DNA from: Halocafeteria seosinensis
Lineage: Eukaryota
DNA length: 53,869 nucleotides
NCBI GenBank assembly: GCA_001687465.1
Contig: LVLI01000276.1
Location: forward strand, 1 to 53,869
Direction of reading: 5' to 3'
Under the pieces are notes generated by a model that made no database searches, was not told the DNA's origin, and saw nothing but the letters and a program-made list of their open reading frames with translations. Shown piece by piece: positions 28,773-40,646 of this stretch. The number at the start of each line of letters is the position of its first letter. Positions within the stretch are counted from its first letter, which is position 1. A program made the position numbers and the translations under genes.

Positions 28773-28818
28773 GACAGAGACAGACAGACAGACAGAGAGA
28801 GAGAGACAGAGACAGAGA
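28712..28818. repeat. (GA)n/(GACA)n microsatellite in the CDK-WBP11 divergent intergenic region
   Basis: About 107 bp of GA repeats grading into GACA units. Confidence 0.95.
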
Positions 28819-28865
28819 TTGGCTTGCTTGTATGAGGTGGTCATTGCGTGTTAAGTAAGTACAGT

Positions 28866-30052
28866 ATGGTGGGATCAGGGGGCGGGGGCTCCAAGAAACG
28901 TGAGCGAAATCCTGCCGAACAATTTCGAAGGAAGATGAAGGAGAAGGTACGCAGATTGCCAGGGTTGTAGGGTGTGTTTTCTTCTATATTTATGCCGAAG
29001 GTGCTTGTTGTGTGCAGGAGAAGCAAAAGAATAAGGAGCAACGCAAGAAACAGCGTCAGGAGAAGGACCCCATGGAACCTTCGACATCCTCTAAACCAAC
29101 AAAGAGCGCCGATCCTCCGGGAGCAGCCAACAAGCAGCAGAAAGAGCAAGTAAGTTACTATCTCGACTGTGGTTTTAGTCCCTAGTGTACACCAACAGTC
29201 TCTTTACAGACTCCGAGTATGCTCTCGTCAGGAGCTCCTCCACGTCCGACTGGAGGTACCACCGCTCAACAACCTCCATATCCAGCCAGCAGCTACCCTC
29301 AATTTCCCCCATATACCCACGCTCCACCAAATTTGGGAGCGGCTGTCCAAGGGATGCCGCCACCTCCTCCTGCTCCACAGGGAATGCAGCCACCACCTCC
29401 ACCACCACCACCAATGTATCCACCGGCCAGTAGCATGCCAGCGTCTGGAGGAGCCTTCGCACAACCACCACCAACATTTACCGGTCCCATGTATACGCAG
29501 ACAGGCACCGGCGAGGTGTCCCAGGCAGGCTCCGCGACAACGACCGAGCAATCAATATCTGAGCACGGGTCTTCGAACGGACAGCGGGATGGTCCATCAA
29601 AGAAGAAAGCGAAAGCCAAAATTGACCCGAATTTGAAGGCGTTCGTTCCGCCCGCATTGAAAAAGAGGAAGGAAAAACAAAACGAAACAGGGAGCACAGG
29701 TACTCAATCTAGTGCAACAAAGCTATCCACTACTACTGCCCCAACCGTCAACACTCGGCGACTTGTAGCGAACCCAGACGTGGGAAATACCGAGGAATCA
29801 GATGACAGTGGTATAGCGACAGTAGAACGCAATACGACGAGCACGGATACTGGATCTTTCTCAATCTTTTCAGGCCCCAGCTCGACAGTCCCTAGCCTAT
29901 TCGCTGGAGCAATCACCAATACTGGCCAAACTGGTGACCGTTCAGCATCCTCTACAGTGGCTAAGAGTGCACCTTCGGAAAAGCAGACTTCAAGTGCGAC
30001 TGATGCATACGAGAAATTCATGGAAGAACTCGAGGAACTCGGGGCCGATTAG
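28866..30052 (+). CDS. WBP11: WW domain-binding protein 11-like splicing factor
   Basis: N-terminal NPAEQFRRKMKEKEKQKNKEQRKKQR..KDP, a poly-Pro middle, LKAFVPPALKKR and C-terminal DAYEKFMEELEELG. Two phase-0 introns. Confidence 0.75.
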
Positions 30053-31544
30053 AGGACAATCGACATACCGTGATTGTATAAAGAGCGCATCGTGTATGAT
30101 TCTCCTCCGTCCACCATGGCTCTATTCGCAAAGCAGAGAAAGTATTCCAGCTGCAGTTTAGGGAGGTCTCAAGGTGGCCGTTCTGTGATTGTGATCTGCA
30201 ATATGTATACATTGCGGATCTCCCAGGAGTAGAATAGAAGTACAAGTGGTACATCTTCGTTTGGGGGAGGAATGCATGGAATCTAAGTGGAAACAGCCGT
30301 GCCATTGTCATTGCGAATCTTTCCTGCTTCCGATCAGTAACTTGCGACTTGGATGGACTGTGTTGTCACTCTGTATCGAAGAGTTGAAGTGGGCCAAACT
30401 CCTGAAGAGAAATAAGGATCGAAGCACCTAGGCAAATGTTTCAACTGACAGCGATTCTTGACTATTGGTATTGGTCACGTTACCGCCTTCACAAGTACTA
30501 ATAATGGAAACCATGTTCCGTCAATTGGAGTTGAGCCCAGCATTGAAACGTAGTGCAGCATTTGAAGAGGCAAAACATGCCTATGTGTCGGAACCAACCG
30601 GCCAGAAAGATCTGCGTTAGTGTTATCTCCAATACACATCTAGTCTTGAACATGAATTTTATACGAACTCAACAACGTAGCTTGCTGCTGTCATGACTCA
30701 TGAGTCAAAGTCGTTTAGCCCGGGCCGTACGGACTCTGTCCGGGCGCTCCGCCCGGATGGCTTTGTTCACTTGTAGTGTACGCCCCATTTTACACTCAGG
30801 ACAGGGCAGCATTGTTGATTGCCACGCAAGACAGAGAAGCAGCAGATCGAAGAAAAAACGGTATGTCTCCCTCCTGCTGTTGTCCCACCTTGTTTCCCCT
30901 CGGCTGTATAAGGTCTCCTGAGCCCAGGGATCTCAGGCCATTTTAGCTCTTTGTTGCTCTCCAAACATGCTAAAGAGGAAAAGAAGACGGAGTCTATGCA
31001 TTTCACTGTTGTCTCTGCACTGTGCTGTGGAAGGGGAGGGCATAAAGGGTGTCAAAATAAACGTAGAAGGGGGTAGTTGAGCTCTCCGGAAGCTACATGG
31101 CCAGAAACGTGGGACATGGAGGGCTCCAATGGCGGCGAGGCTTCATGTCCTATGGCTCGATGTATCGTAGGGAGAGAAACCTTACTTGTTCTGGTCATTC
31201 TACCTTCCAATAAGGTGTCATCAACCCACCTTTGGGGCTAAGAGACACATCCACAAAATGACAAAAAGCGTAGGGGGTGGTCGTGTCCCCCTAGAGCTCC
31301 CCCGGATGAGAACGGGAGGGTTGCCCCCTGTTGGGGGAAGACATGGTCTCTACCATTAAAGCCTGGTTATTACGATGATTATATTTTGTTTCTACCCGTC
31401 ACGTCAAAATAAGATGACGCCTATCGTCCAAGGAAGAGGAAGCTGTGTTCATCTGGTTAATTTGATGTATGTGTATTGCAGGAGGAGGATTTTCTTTCCC
31501 CGGGGGTATCACAGAGGTTTATTTCATACCCTATTTACAACACA

Positions 31545-32180
31545 ATGTTTGAGAAAGTAGTTGTGGTGGACGGTCGTGACCATTTGCTTGGTCGATTGGC
31601 TTCCATCGTTGCCAAGGAATTGCTCAATGGTCAACACGTCGTGGTGGTCCGATGCGAGAAACTTAACATTAGCGGATCCTTGTATCGCAATGAACTGAAA
31701 TTCCACTACTTCTTGCGGAAACGCGTCAACACAAACCCGAAGCAGGGTCCTATTCACTACCGATCGCCGTCAAGAATGTTCTGGAGAACTCTCCGTGGGA
31801 TGATACCTCACAAGACTTCCCGTGGACAAGCCGCGATGCAGCGCCTGAAAGTGTTCGAAGGAATCCCAGCTCCATTTGATAAGATGAAGAGAATGGTTGT
31901 GCCAGAAGCTCTCCGTGTCTTGAGAATGAAGTAAGATTGGTTTTTGACCTCTTGCAAAATCATCACCTCCTGTTTTCTTACCCGCTGTGTGGCTTCGTAT
32001 TGCAGAGCGTCTCGCAAATACTGTGTCCTGGGCGATCTCGCCACCAAGGTCGGTTGGAAGCATGCTGATCTGATTGAGCGCTTGGAAGCTAATAGAAAGG
32101 AACAGAGCGAAGCTTATTACAAAATCAAGAAGGAGCATGCTAAGCGAGCTGCTAAGGCTCGCGCTAGAATTACTGCCTAA
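31545..32180 (+). CDS. RPL13A: 60S ribosomal protein L13a (uL13)
   Basis: [51 protein letters not shown]. Intron 31931-32005. Confidence 0.97.
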
Positions 32181-32383
32181 GATCCTATGGCGATATAAAC
32201 TATCCTCCCCCGTGTCTGCCTGTCGGGTGCCTTAAACAGTGGATGTAATATACATTACACATGCTCAACCAAGGTACATTGAATTTTCAGAAATCAATTT
32301 GTGTATAAGTTTTGAGTAGTGTCATTAGAACGTTTCAGCCCCTCGTGTGCTTCCACATCTGCCGAGAAGTACCGGGTAGTAAG

Positions 32384-35041
32384 TCACCGTACAAACGGGT
32401 GCCGCTGCAGCGTATCAGACTCCAAGTTGAGCATAGATCGAGGTAAGCCGTCTGTCTCAGCACTGCCTCCACCAATAGTGCTAGTTCGTCTCTTCCTCCT
32501 TCGCTGTGGGAACCCTGGCAGAGGAGGACGGTCAAGCACAAGCAGAGCATCGTTGAAAAAGGAGAATATGTCGCCCTTGATAAAATCATTGTCTACAACG
32601 TTCACTAGATAATAGGTGTTGTAGATATGATCAATTAAATCGGCTGATGGGGATTCTTCGTCGTAGATTGCGGCCCACGTATGCTGCCACAGAGAGAAAG
32701 CCTCATCCTTCCATACCAAAAAAGCTTCGGGATCCACGACGGTTGGCTGGATAACCTCCTTTCCAGGAAAGACGCCCCATGTCACAGCGTGAACGCCCTG
32801 TATACCAGTATCGATAAAACAACAAATATCATCTTACAAACCACAGAGAACTCCACCTATTACTTACCCGTGTTCTGCAGTTGGTGTACGAATTTCCTTT
32901 GGCATCCACGGCATTAAACGTTATCGATGGGTGATCCTTGGCCACTTGCATCATCGCCGCTAAGTGGGATGGTGGAGTGAAGCATTCGATATATCCTTTT
33001 TGGTACACATACCCGCCTGGTCCACCCCAGCCATGAATTGGGTCATCACTCGCGGCGGCGTTTACCCGAGGTTGTGAATTAATAGTCAAAAAACCTTCCC
33101 GGTTAAGCCTCACGAGCTTCTCTTGGAGCGGGTTCGTCTCTGGGTGTAGGGCCGTCTCACACCAAGGCAATCGCGGCACTGTGCCTTGGAGGTACGCGAC
33201 AAAGACGTCCCAAATATCTTGCTCTTCTGTCGGTGCCTCACCCCAAATTGCTTTTCTATCACTGGCATCTCCTACTGCGGGGGTAGAAAACTGCCTAATG
33301 GAATCCGTCAGCTCCGCAAACCCAGCCTGCCCAGAAGAGCCTTTCTGATTATCTTCAGTAATGGTGATAGAACCCTCTTCTGCGTTGTTCCCGGCGGGGC
33401 GAGTCTGCGCGTTCTCTGAGTTATCAGCGGCACTAAGGTCCAATGACCCTTCCTGCGTGTTCAGCATCGGTTTAACATCTCCCCATCTTTCCCTGGGGAA
33501 CACTTTCCATTTGGATGTCCTCATAACATAGGAGCGTTGCCTGTTTGCCCAAAAAATGGGGCGAACACCTTCCTCCTCTCGACCTTCATCTTGGGACGCT
33601 CGCCACGGCAGTCTCCGCCTACAAGCAGCAGCACTACTGACAATCGTTTTCCTTACACGAAACAACACGTTGGTTGTGGGGGAGTCGAGGTTGAGCGAGT
33701 AAAAGTGGAGTCCAGGAGAACCCTTGCTGAGAAGAGCATCGCAGTGATTTGCAATAATCTTCGTCGCGGTGTTCTTGAATCCATCTACGTGTCGAGCTCC
33801 GGCAAAGGGTTGTAGGGCTGCAGATATTGTAGAAGGAATCTGGACCCCGCATTGCTTCCCTAACTTGTGAAGAAGTTCCAGCGAAATGATCGGCATTACA
33901 CCTGGTATGATCGGCACGTTTACACCTTGGGTGTTGCACTCTTGGACAAAATTTGAATAGCTGTCAGAGTTGAAAAAGAATTGCGTCAGGACAAACTCAG
34001 CCCCGCACTCCACTTTGTGTTTAAGGTTTCGAACGGTATCGCGCATTGAATAATACTGAGAACCTTCTGAAGGATCAGTCTCCGTATATCCTTCGGGATA
34101 CGCTCCCACACCCACGCAGAAATTGTCTCCATATTCCTGCTTGATTAATTCTACCAGGTCAGCCGCACGCAGGCCCTCTGCAAGTGAAGCAGAAATGTCA
34201 GATGGGTCCGCACACGTTGTACAGAGGCAGAGAAGGATGTATACATACCAGGAGATTTCAAAGTGCCTCGTAAGGCTAAAATGTTCTGAATTCCCGCCAT
34301 TCTCGCTTTACGAAGACATTCGCGCAAGTCAGCTCTTGTTCTTCCAGAACACGTCAAGTGTAACAGTGGTAAAATACCAGCAAACTGTTAACACCATTGA
34401 CCATCCACATGTTCACATCTAAAATATGGGCTCACTACATCTATATAGAGTGTTCCTCTTACCTTTTTCGCGTACTTGCAAATTTCTAGTGCCCGATGGA
34501 AGTCTTCATCGCTCTCGGAGCACGTCACGGAGGCAAACAGTGGTTCCAGTCGAGACATGTAATCGAGTCTCGCATATCTGCACACCCACCAGCAGAGGGA
34601 TGTGACCAAGTGCCAAGGCAGTGATTCTGTCGATCGATCCACTAAATTCACTTACAATTTGTCCAATCCTGTCATGGACCTCGGCGGGAACACTTCGAAG
34701 CTGAAGGTCGGGGTGATATTGGGATCAAGGGCATCCAATCTCGCTCTGATCTTACTCAAGCTCGTGGCAGGAGGCTCAATGAACGCCCCCGAGGAGTGTC
34801 CTGGGCGTAGTGGGGAAGGGGAAATCCCTGTTCCCGTCACATTACGCATATGGCTGTCGTTGGTGGGAGACGCTGGTGCCGGAGAAATCGGTGTCGCACC
34901 GGTGAACCCAATGTCCTGCTGGTTGATACCTACTTGCAGATGATGCGGCCGAACAGGGCGGATCTCGGCTTCATTGTGTCCACCCTCTCGGCTCTGTGCA
35001 GGCTGTGCATGAGCCGTATTCTCACTTTCACGCGTCATCAT
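32384..35041 (-). CDS. MTHFR: Methylenetetrahydrofolate reductase, eukaryotic two-domain type, with a divergent active site
   Basis: [76 protein letters not shown] and [16 protein letters not shown]. Four introns. Confidence 0.92.
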
Positions 35042-35516
35042 TCCTTCTTCCTCAGCCAGAATTCGTGCTTCCCTTCTCCAACCAAAACCCGTCCAAGCAA
35101 GCGAAATGCATGCTAGACGCACCGCAGATATTGCCGTCGAGCGGTCAGTCAAAATAATCAACAGGTGCACGCGTAATCGCTCTATCAAGTCCAAGAACAC
35201 GCGTGCCCATCCGGGCCGAACACCGCCGGGCCCCGGGCCGGGGGCACCTGTTTTTCCGGGCCGAGCGCCGGGACCTGAAAACATCCCATCCCAGGCTTCA
35301 CCTCTCTTTTGAATTCCAGTATATGGCATCGATTGGCGTTGTTTGTTAGCAGTTCGATCATGGGCTGTATAGAAGTGCGTTAGGTTTTTCTCTCTGAGAG
35401 CGTTTGGCTGCTGTACGGTACTATAATATACTCTCACCTTGTAAATAGTACAATGTAAAATTGGAACTTCTTCTTCCATTAAGTTCCCGTCTTGTTTGAG
35501 CTTTATAAACAGGAAA

Positions 35517-37350
35517 ATGGCGGACAATTCGGCATCAAGTAAACACCCTAGCGAGGGAAACACGGGGTCTTTGGATCCAGCTCCTCGTGGCGAGACCACT
35601 GACGGACCTAATAGAAAAAGGGGTAGGAACGAAGCGTCGGCTGGTGGCGGGAATGAGTCTGCTAAACTCCAGAAAAGTGGAGAACAGAGCGGACAAAAGC
35701 AAGGGATATCAGCTAAAAGTGAAGATTCTTCCAACAAACAAGGAAGCGGTGGATCCGACAATAGACAACCGCCATCCCGTCAACTCCCGCCTTCTACTCT
35801 GAAAGGCGAGCTGGTCAAATGGTTGGACGAATACATCGAGGAAGAGGAATTGACGGTGTCTCCTGAATGGTATACGAAGATCAAGACAAAAATTCAGAAG
35901 AGCGACGACTTCAGCGAATCCCCGTTTGATAACAAAGAAGATCTCAAGATTGTGTGCAGAAACAGAATGAACAAGAAGCACGAAACGGGCGTTGTAGATG
36001 GAAAGGACGTGGTAGACGATGAGATGGTTGTAGATGAAATTGCAGGGGCAATGTACGCGTGGTTGCAAAAGCAGGGAGTTGGAGCTGGTAAGTGAGCACA
36101 TCGTAGTTAGATTCGAACTGTTAGAACTTTCAGCCAACGTGAATCATGTCTTCACTTGCCGTACCCCTGCAGGTAAGTACACATCAACGTTCAGAAGCAG
36201 AAATCTCTATAGGAAAACCATGCTGCTCCTATGGGTTTATTCTTTCTTCAACATTAGCAACTGTCGCACAACCGGAGTTATTGGTTCTCATGCAGGAGGT
36301 ATCTGTGGCTTACAGGCTGGAGCTCGCAGGAAGTCGCAGGTGTATATCACCCGGTGTCTTACAACGGGAAATATTGGGCCAGATGCTGGCGGTATTGCGG
36401 GCGCCCATGGCGCGTGGGCTTGGGGACGTTTGGAAATATCCCAGTGTGTATCAACGGGGGAGATTTCAAAGAGAGACGCTGGAGGGGTTACGGGAAGTGG
36501 CTCTGGGGTGACAGGTGGCGTTGTCACAATCGCAGACTCTTACACAATGGGCAACTTGGGCTACGATAGTGAACGTACTGGTGCAATATGCGGAGCCCAA
36601 AGTGGTAACAATGGTGGAAGCATAGTCATTGAGAATGTATACACTCTAGCCTCAGGGAGAAGACGAGCTCTCATCGGATCCATAGCTTCCGGGGAGAAGG
36701 CCGCAGACGAAGTAGAAGTCCGGTACTCAGTTTATAACGCAACCGCTGGTCATACGAATTCAACTTACCTCGTCGGAGAAGACAAAGATAATATCCTACG
36801 GGAGAAGCATAATTTAGGAGATCTTGACGAAATCCGTGGCAAATTGTACAGTGTAATGACAGACAAAGGAGAAGCGCACCAGTGGTCGAATAAGACTTGG
36901 TTCGTACCGGGGAATGACCAATATCCCGAGCTGCAATGGCTAAAAGCGATGCCCTCGTATTTACTCCCAACTGCGAGTGCTACTCCGTCGTCATCGTCAT
37001 CGTCGTCACAGAGCCAAACAAGGACTCCAACTGGAACGGCGAGCCCCACGCCAACTTTGACGCCTACCCAAAGTTCCACTTTCACGTCGACGGCCACTAC
37101 GTCACAGACTCCATCACGAACTGCAAGTGCCACACCCACTTCGACATCTACCACTACTACTACTAGTTCGCCTTCATTTTCTACCACTGCTTCGACGACG
37201 GTAACAGGAACGTCAACGCCGAGCTTGACTCCAACACGAAGCTCCACGTCGACACCTTCCGAAACAAATAGCGCTTCGGTTACGGACAAACCAAACAATC
37301 AGCCTGGCAGACTCANTGTTCACAGACCCAAGCGCACGGTAAAAGGCTGA
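35517..37350 (+). CDS. Probable chimeric gene: low-complexity + helical header exon spliced to GLUG-like beta-helix repeats and a Ser/Thr stalk
   Basis: Intron 36088-36172 (gtaagt...cctgcag) joins the two ORFs in frame. Repeats read I-x-x-C-x-x-TG-x-I-G-x-x-AGG-I-x-G. The PTxT/S-rich stalk spans ~36960-37280. Confidence 0.6.
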
Positions 37351-37834
37351 AGTTGTTCGGCAACGCATTTCAAGGAATCAATCAAGAAAATTTTTGAGGC
37401 AACATGAGTAATACTTTTTTACAGTAGCGGGACTCGAAGCTTAATAACGTTTAATTAATTATGTACCCAACAGCAATGTAGACCCTTCCTTGATGCAATG
37501 TGATACAAGTTCATCCACACTGAGCCCTTCAACGTATCTGGGAAGCGCATGAAGTCCGCGGCTTCGTTAGACGCAGTACCTTAGGTAGCGTTCAGCCACC
37601 TTTCCTCAACGCTTTATTTTTGGGCTGATATAATAATACCCTAAAACTCACTGTGCTTACATTCCAAGCAGGGTGAATTCCACCAGGATCATCACTGTGT
37701 ATAGCGAACATAGCATTCGTATACCGGTATAGAAATAAAGGGACCATACGTACTTGTACAAGTAGTAACACTGTAACAGTTACCCCGTAAAAATTCGCTT
37801 TACATGTCAAATTATCATCGTGTAAATACCCTAG

Positions 37835-38420
37835 TTGGTGAGGTCTACTTTGGAACGGTACCTCCACGGAGATATTGCTGGGTCTGGGAGTGGCGGAATT
37901 CTTGGTGGCGGTGCGACTATACACGATGGCTTTGCTCATGTGCCCGAGTGCTTCACCACAGGCGGCATAAAAGAGACAAACGCGGGTGGCATTAGTGGAT
38001 CGAGATCAACACAAAGTAACAGTCTTAGTGAAATCTGGAATTGCTATACTACCTGGTACCGAAACGGTCTGATGAAACTATCGCGAGCGGAGGCATTTGT
38101 GGCGGACACACCGGAGGCGATAGTGGGTCGGTCTTTCTCAAGAACGTGTATATGTTGTCCCTCAGTAAGTCCTACATGATAGGAGAAATCGAAGCACAGA
38201 GTGACAAACTCAAAAAAAAATAAGGAACTCTGTACACAACACGGTTACCTACAAACCAATAAGCACATTGTGGGGGAAGGTAACATCAGTCCCCTAGTGG
38301 TGAACGCAAACTCTGGTAACATTGGTGACATTACGGGAAGATTGTACCAGTGGGAAGATATTAACAACGAGCTTTAAACCTGGCCGGAGACAGTGTGAGT
38401 TGTTCGGGGACCGCATAGAT
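37835..38420 (+). pseudogene. Degraded GLUG-like repeat paralog
   Basis: GDIAGSGSGGILG, ECFTTGGIKETNAGGISG and SGGICGGHTGGDSGSVFLKNVY occur in shifting frames. Confidence 0.65.
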
Positions 38421-38539
38421 TCCCAGAGCTGCGCCACACAGTCATCCTGCATCGAGTACGTGTACCAGCAAATTGTTTACAAACATGCAATATTGATTGG
38501 AATCATCGCGGAGGTGACTTCGAAGAGAGGTTTCTATCA

Positions 38540-39625
38540 TTAGAAGCCGGTATCATATCTTCGAAGGCCAGAATTATACCATTAATCTTGGCGGAGTGAC
38601 GGAATTCATTGTGAGCGCATTCGAGGAAGCCCCGATTGTAAACCACGTACATACTTTAGGAGGCTCAACCGTCAGCGACGGTGCTTTTCATCATTCGGAA
38701 GCAGCAAAGGTTGTTTAAGGTGCATGATTGCAAGCGGAGGTGGAGCAATTGAGGGGTCACTCAACCCAGAGAAGCAGTTACAGTATTACAAATTCGTTAT
38801 CTATTGGAACCATTGGCGCCAGAGGTGGTGAGATCGTTGGTGGGAAAGCGGGGTATACAGGAGGTGCAATTAATGCTAGCCACTGTCAACAACTGGCGAG
38901 ACTAATTCACGGACCGGTGGTACTTGTGGGCTCAACACTGGAGCAGGAGCCGATTCAATTGTGTTCATCTTGCTGTGTTATTCGACGGGTACTATTGAAG
39001 GAGTGAGCGCAGGGGGTATTGTGAGGGGGTTCGGGAGTTTTGCACATATCCCAGTGTATTGCGGGAGAGAAATATCAGGATCAATGGCCGGTGGCATCGC
39101 AGGGAGTCGTGCTGGAAACTCAGGAGGTGTCGTTACCATCGCGAACTCGTATATAACAGGAAACGTGAGAGATGATAGTAAAAATAGCGGTGCGATACGC
39201 GGGCAAGCAACCCCTTGCGATAATGGAAGTGTGATCATTAAGAACGTATATGCTTTATCCTCAACTGGAACAGTTCTGATTGGATCAATAGCATCTGGTG
39301 ACAATGTCGCTGGCGCAGTAGCAGTTCATAACACAAGCACTGGTCATACAAATGCAACGTACATTGCCGGCGATGACAAACGAAATATCTTGCATGAGGT
39401 TGGTAACTCAGGTGATCCTCACACTATCCAGGGACAATTATACAGTGCATAGGTGAACGACGGAGAGGAACACGAATGGCCAAATACAGTTTGGTTCGAC
39501 CAATATCCCGAATGGTGATGGCGCTCCGAGCTACCAGAGACGGCATCCCCTTCCCCTTCAGCGACCGCCAACTCCACGCCGCGCAGAAGCATAACTTCCT
39601 TTCCAACATCGTCTGCATCGCCTAG
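38540..39625 (+). pseudogene. Degraded GLUG-like repeat paralog
   Basis: FEGQNYTINL, CYSTGTIEGVSAGGI and GGVVTIANSYITGN...IKNVYALSS...LIGSIASG...TGHTNATYIAGDDKRNILHE are close to 36500-36860 but interrupted by frameshifts and stops. Confidence 0.75.
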
Positions 39626-40037
39626 AAAATGAAACAGTACCTCGAACTATCTGCCCAGTTTCCGCAAAGAGTGGTAGAATGAGCGTTTCAGAAAACGTTT
39701 GATATCGGGATAGCAGGAAGCTACACTCGATAACGATAGTAACCGTTACACATGGGCAACATGTCCTGAGACTTCGATAATCTTCGGGACAAGTGTACAA
39801 AGTGCATTGTACCAGTTTCAGAGCACGGCCATGGTGTAATGTGCAAGCGAGTAGTCGAAGATGGAAGTTCTTGGAAGTGATAAGCCACCGGCGTTACTTC
39901 CTCCCCCAACAACGAATTCGCGGTTCTCCGCAAGCCCTGCCACCATATCTTTCCCTACCTAGAGAGGCACGCATAGTGAGCGGCGGAGCAGAAGGCTCAA
40001 AACGTCCAAACTCAGCATATTCTACTACGACGAGTCA

Positions 40038-40640
40038 CTACCTTTTCTTCTTCTTAGTGGACCGTTTCTTCTTCTTTTGAACGTTCGTTTTTTCTCCCTT
40101 CACCCCACAGCGGAGTGAAGGATCAGCGGAGATATTCCGCATCGCATTCATCATCTGAAGCCAATCCTCCGGCATGGCCTCTGCTGCGCAAAATGATGCG
40201 CCAGTGTTCCACCCCAAGCAGTCAAGTACATCAGAGAGGTTGCTTGAGCATTGGAGTAACTCTTGCAATCCCAAGGCTCGATGATATTGTTCCTCAATTT
40301 GCTTTAAACTTTCTTCTAGATCATCAGATGCGTCGGCATCCGCATGTACTTTCGACTCAGGTTCCCAAAGTCTTTCGATGCATACCTCCCAAATCTGCTG
40401 AGCAGTATCTTTCCATTGTTGCTCGTAAATGTGTTTGATATCAGGATCAGAAATGCCTCTCGTCTGCTTCTGTAAAAGGGTTTGGATCTTTGGTACCTCG
40501 AAGTGCGAAACAGTATCGATTTCTCGTTGCAGTTGTTCCAATTTTATTTGCTTCTGCTGACGCTGAAGCAACGTAGCCTTTTCACGTTCAGCTTGCTCCA
40601 AAGCTTTGTTGAGTTCTTCGTCCTCCTCTGCTGTTGTAGC
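40038..40640 (-). CDS. Coiled-coil/helical gene fragment whose 5' part is cut off by the transposon
   Basis: Open frame EEDEELNKALEQAERE...KKKKRSTKKKK has no ATG and begins just outside the left TIR. Confidence 0.45.
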   Translation of the reverse strand, partial: ATTAEEDEELNKALEQAEREKATLLQRQQKQIKLEQLQREIDTVSHFEVPKIQTLLQKQTRGISDPDIKHIYEQQWKDTAQQIWEVCIERLWEPESKVHADADASDDLEESLKQIEEQYHRALGLQELLQCSSNLSDVLDCLGWNTGASFCAAEAMPEDWLQMMNAMRNISADPSLRCGVKGEKTNVQKKKKRSTKKKKR

Positions 40641-40646
40641 AACATA

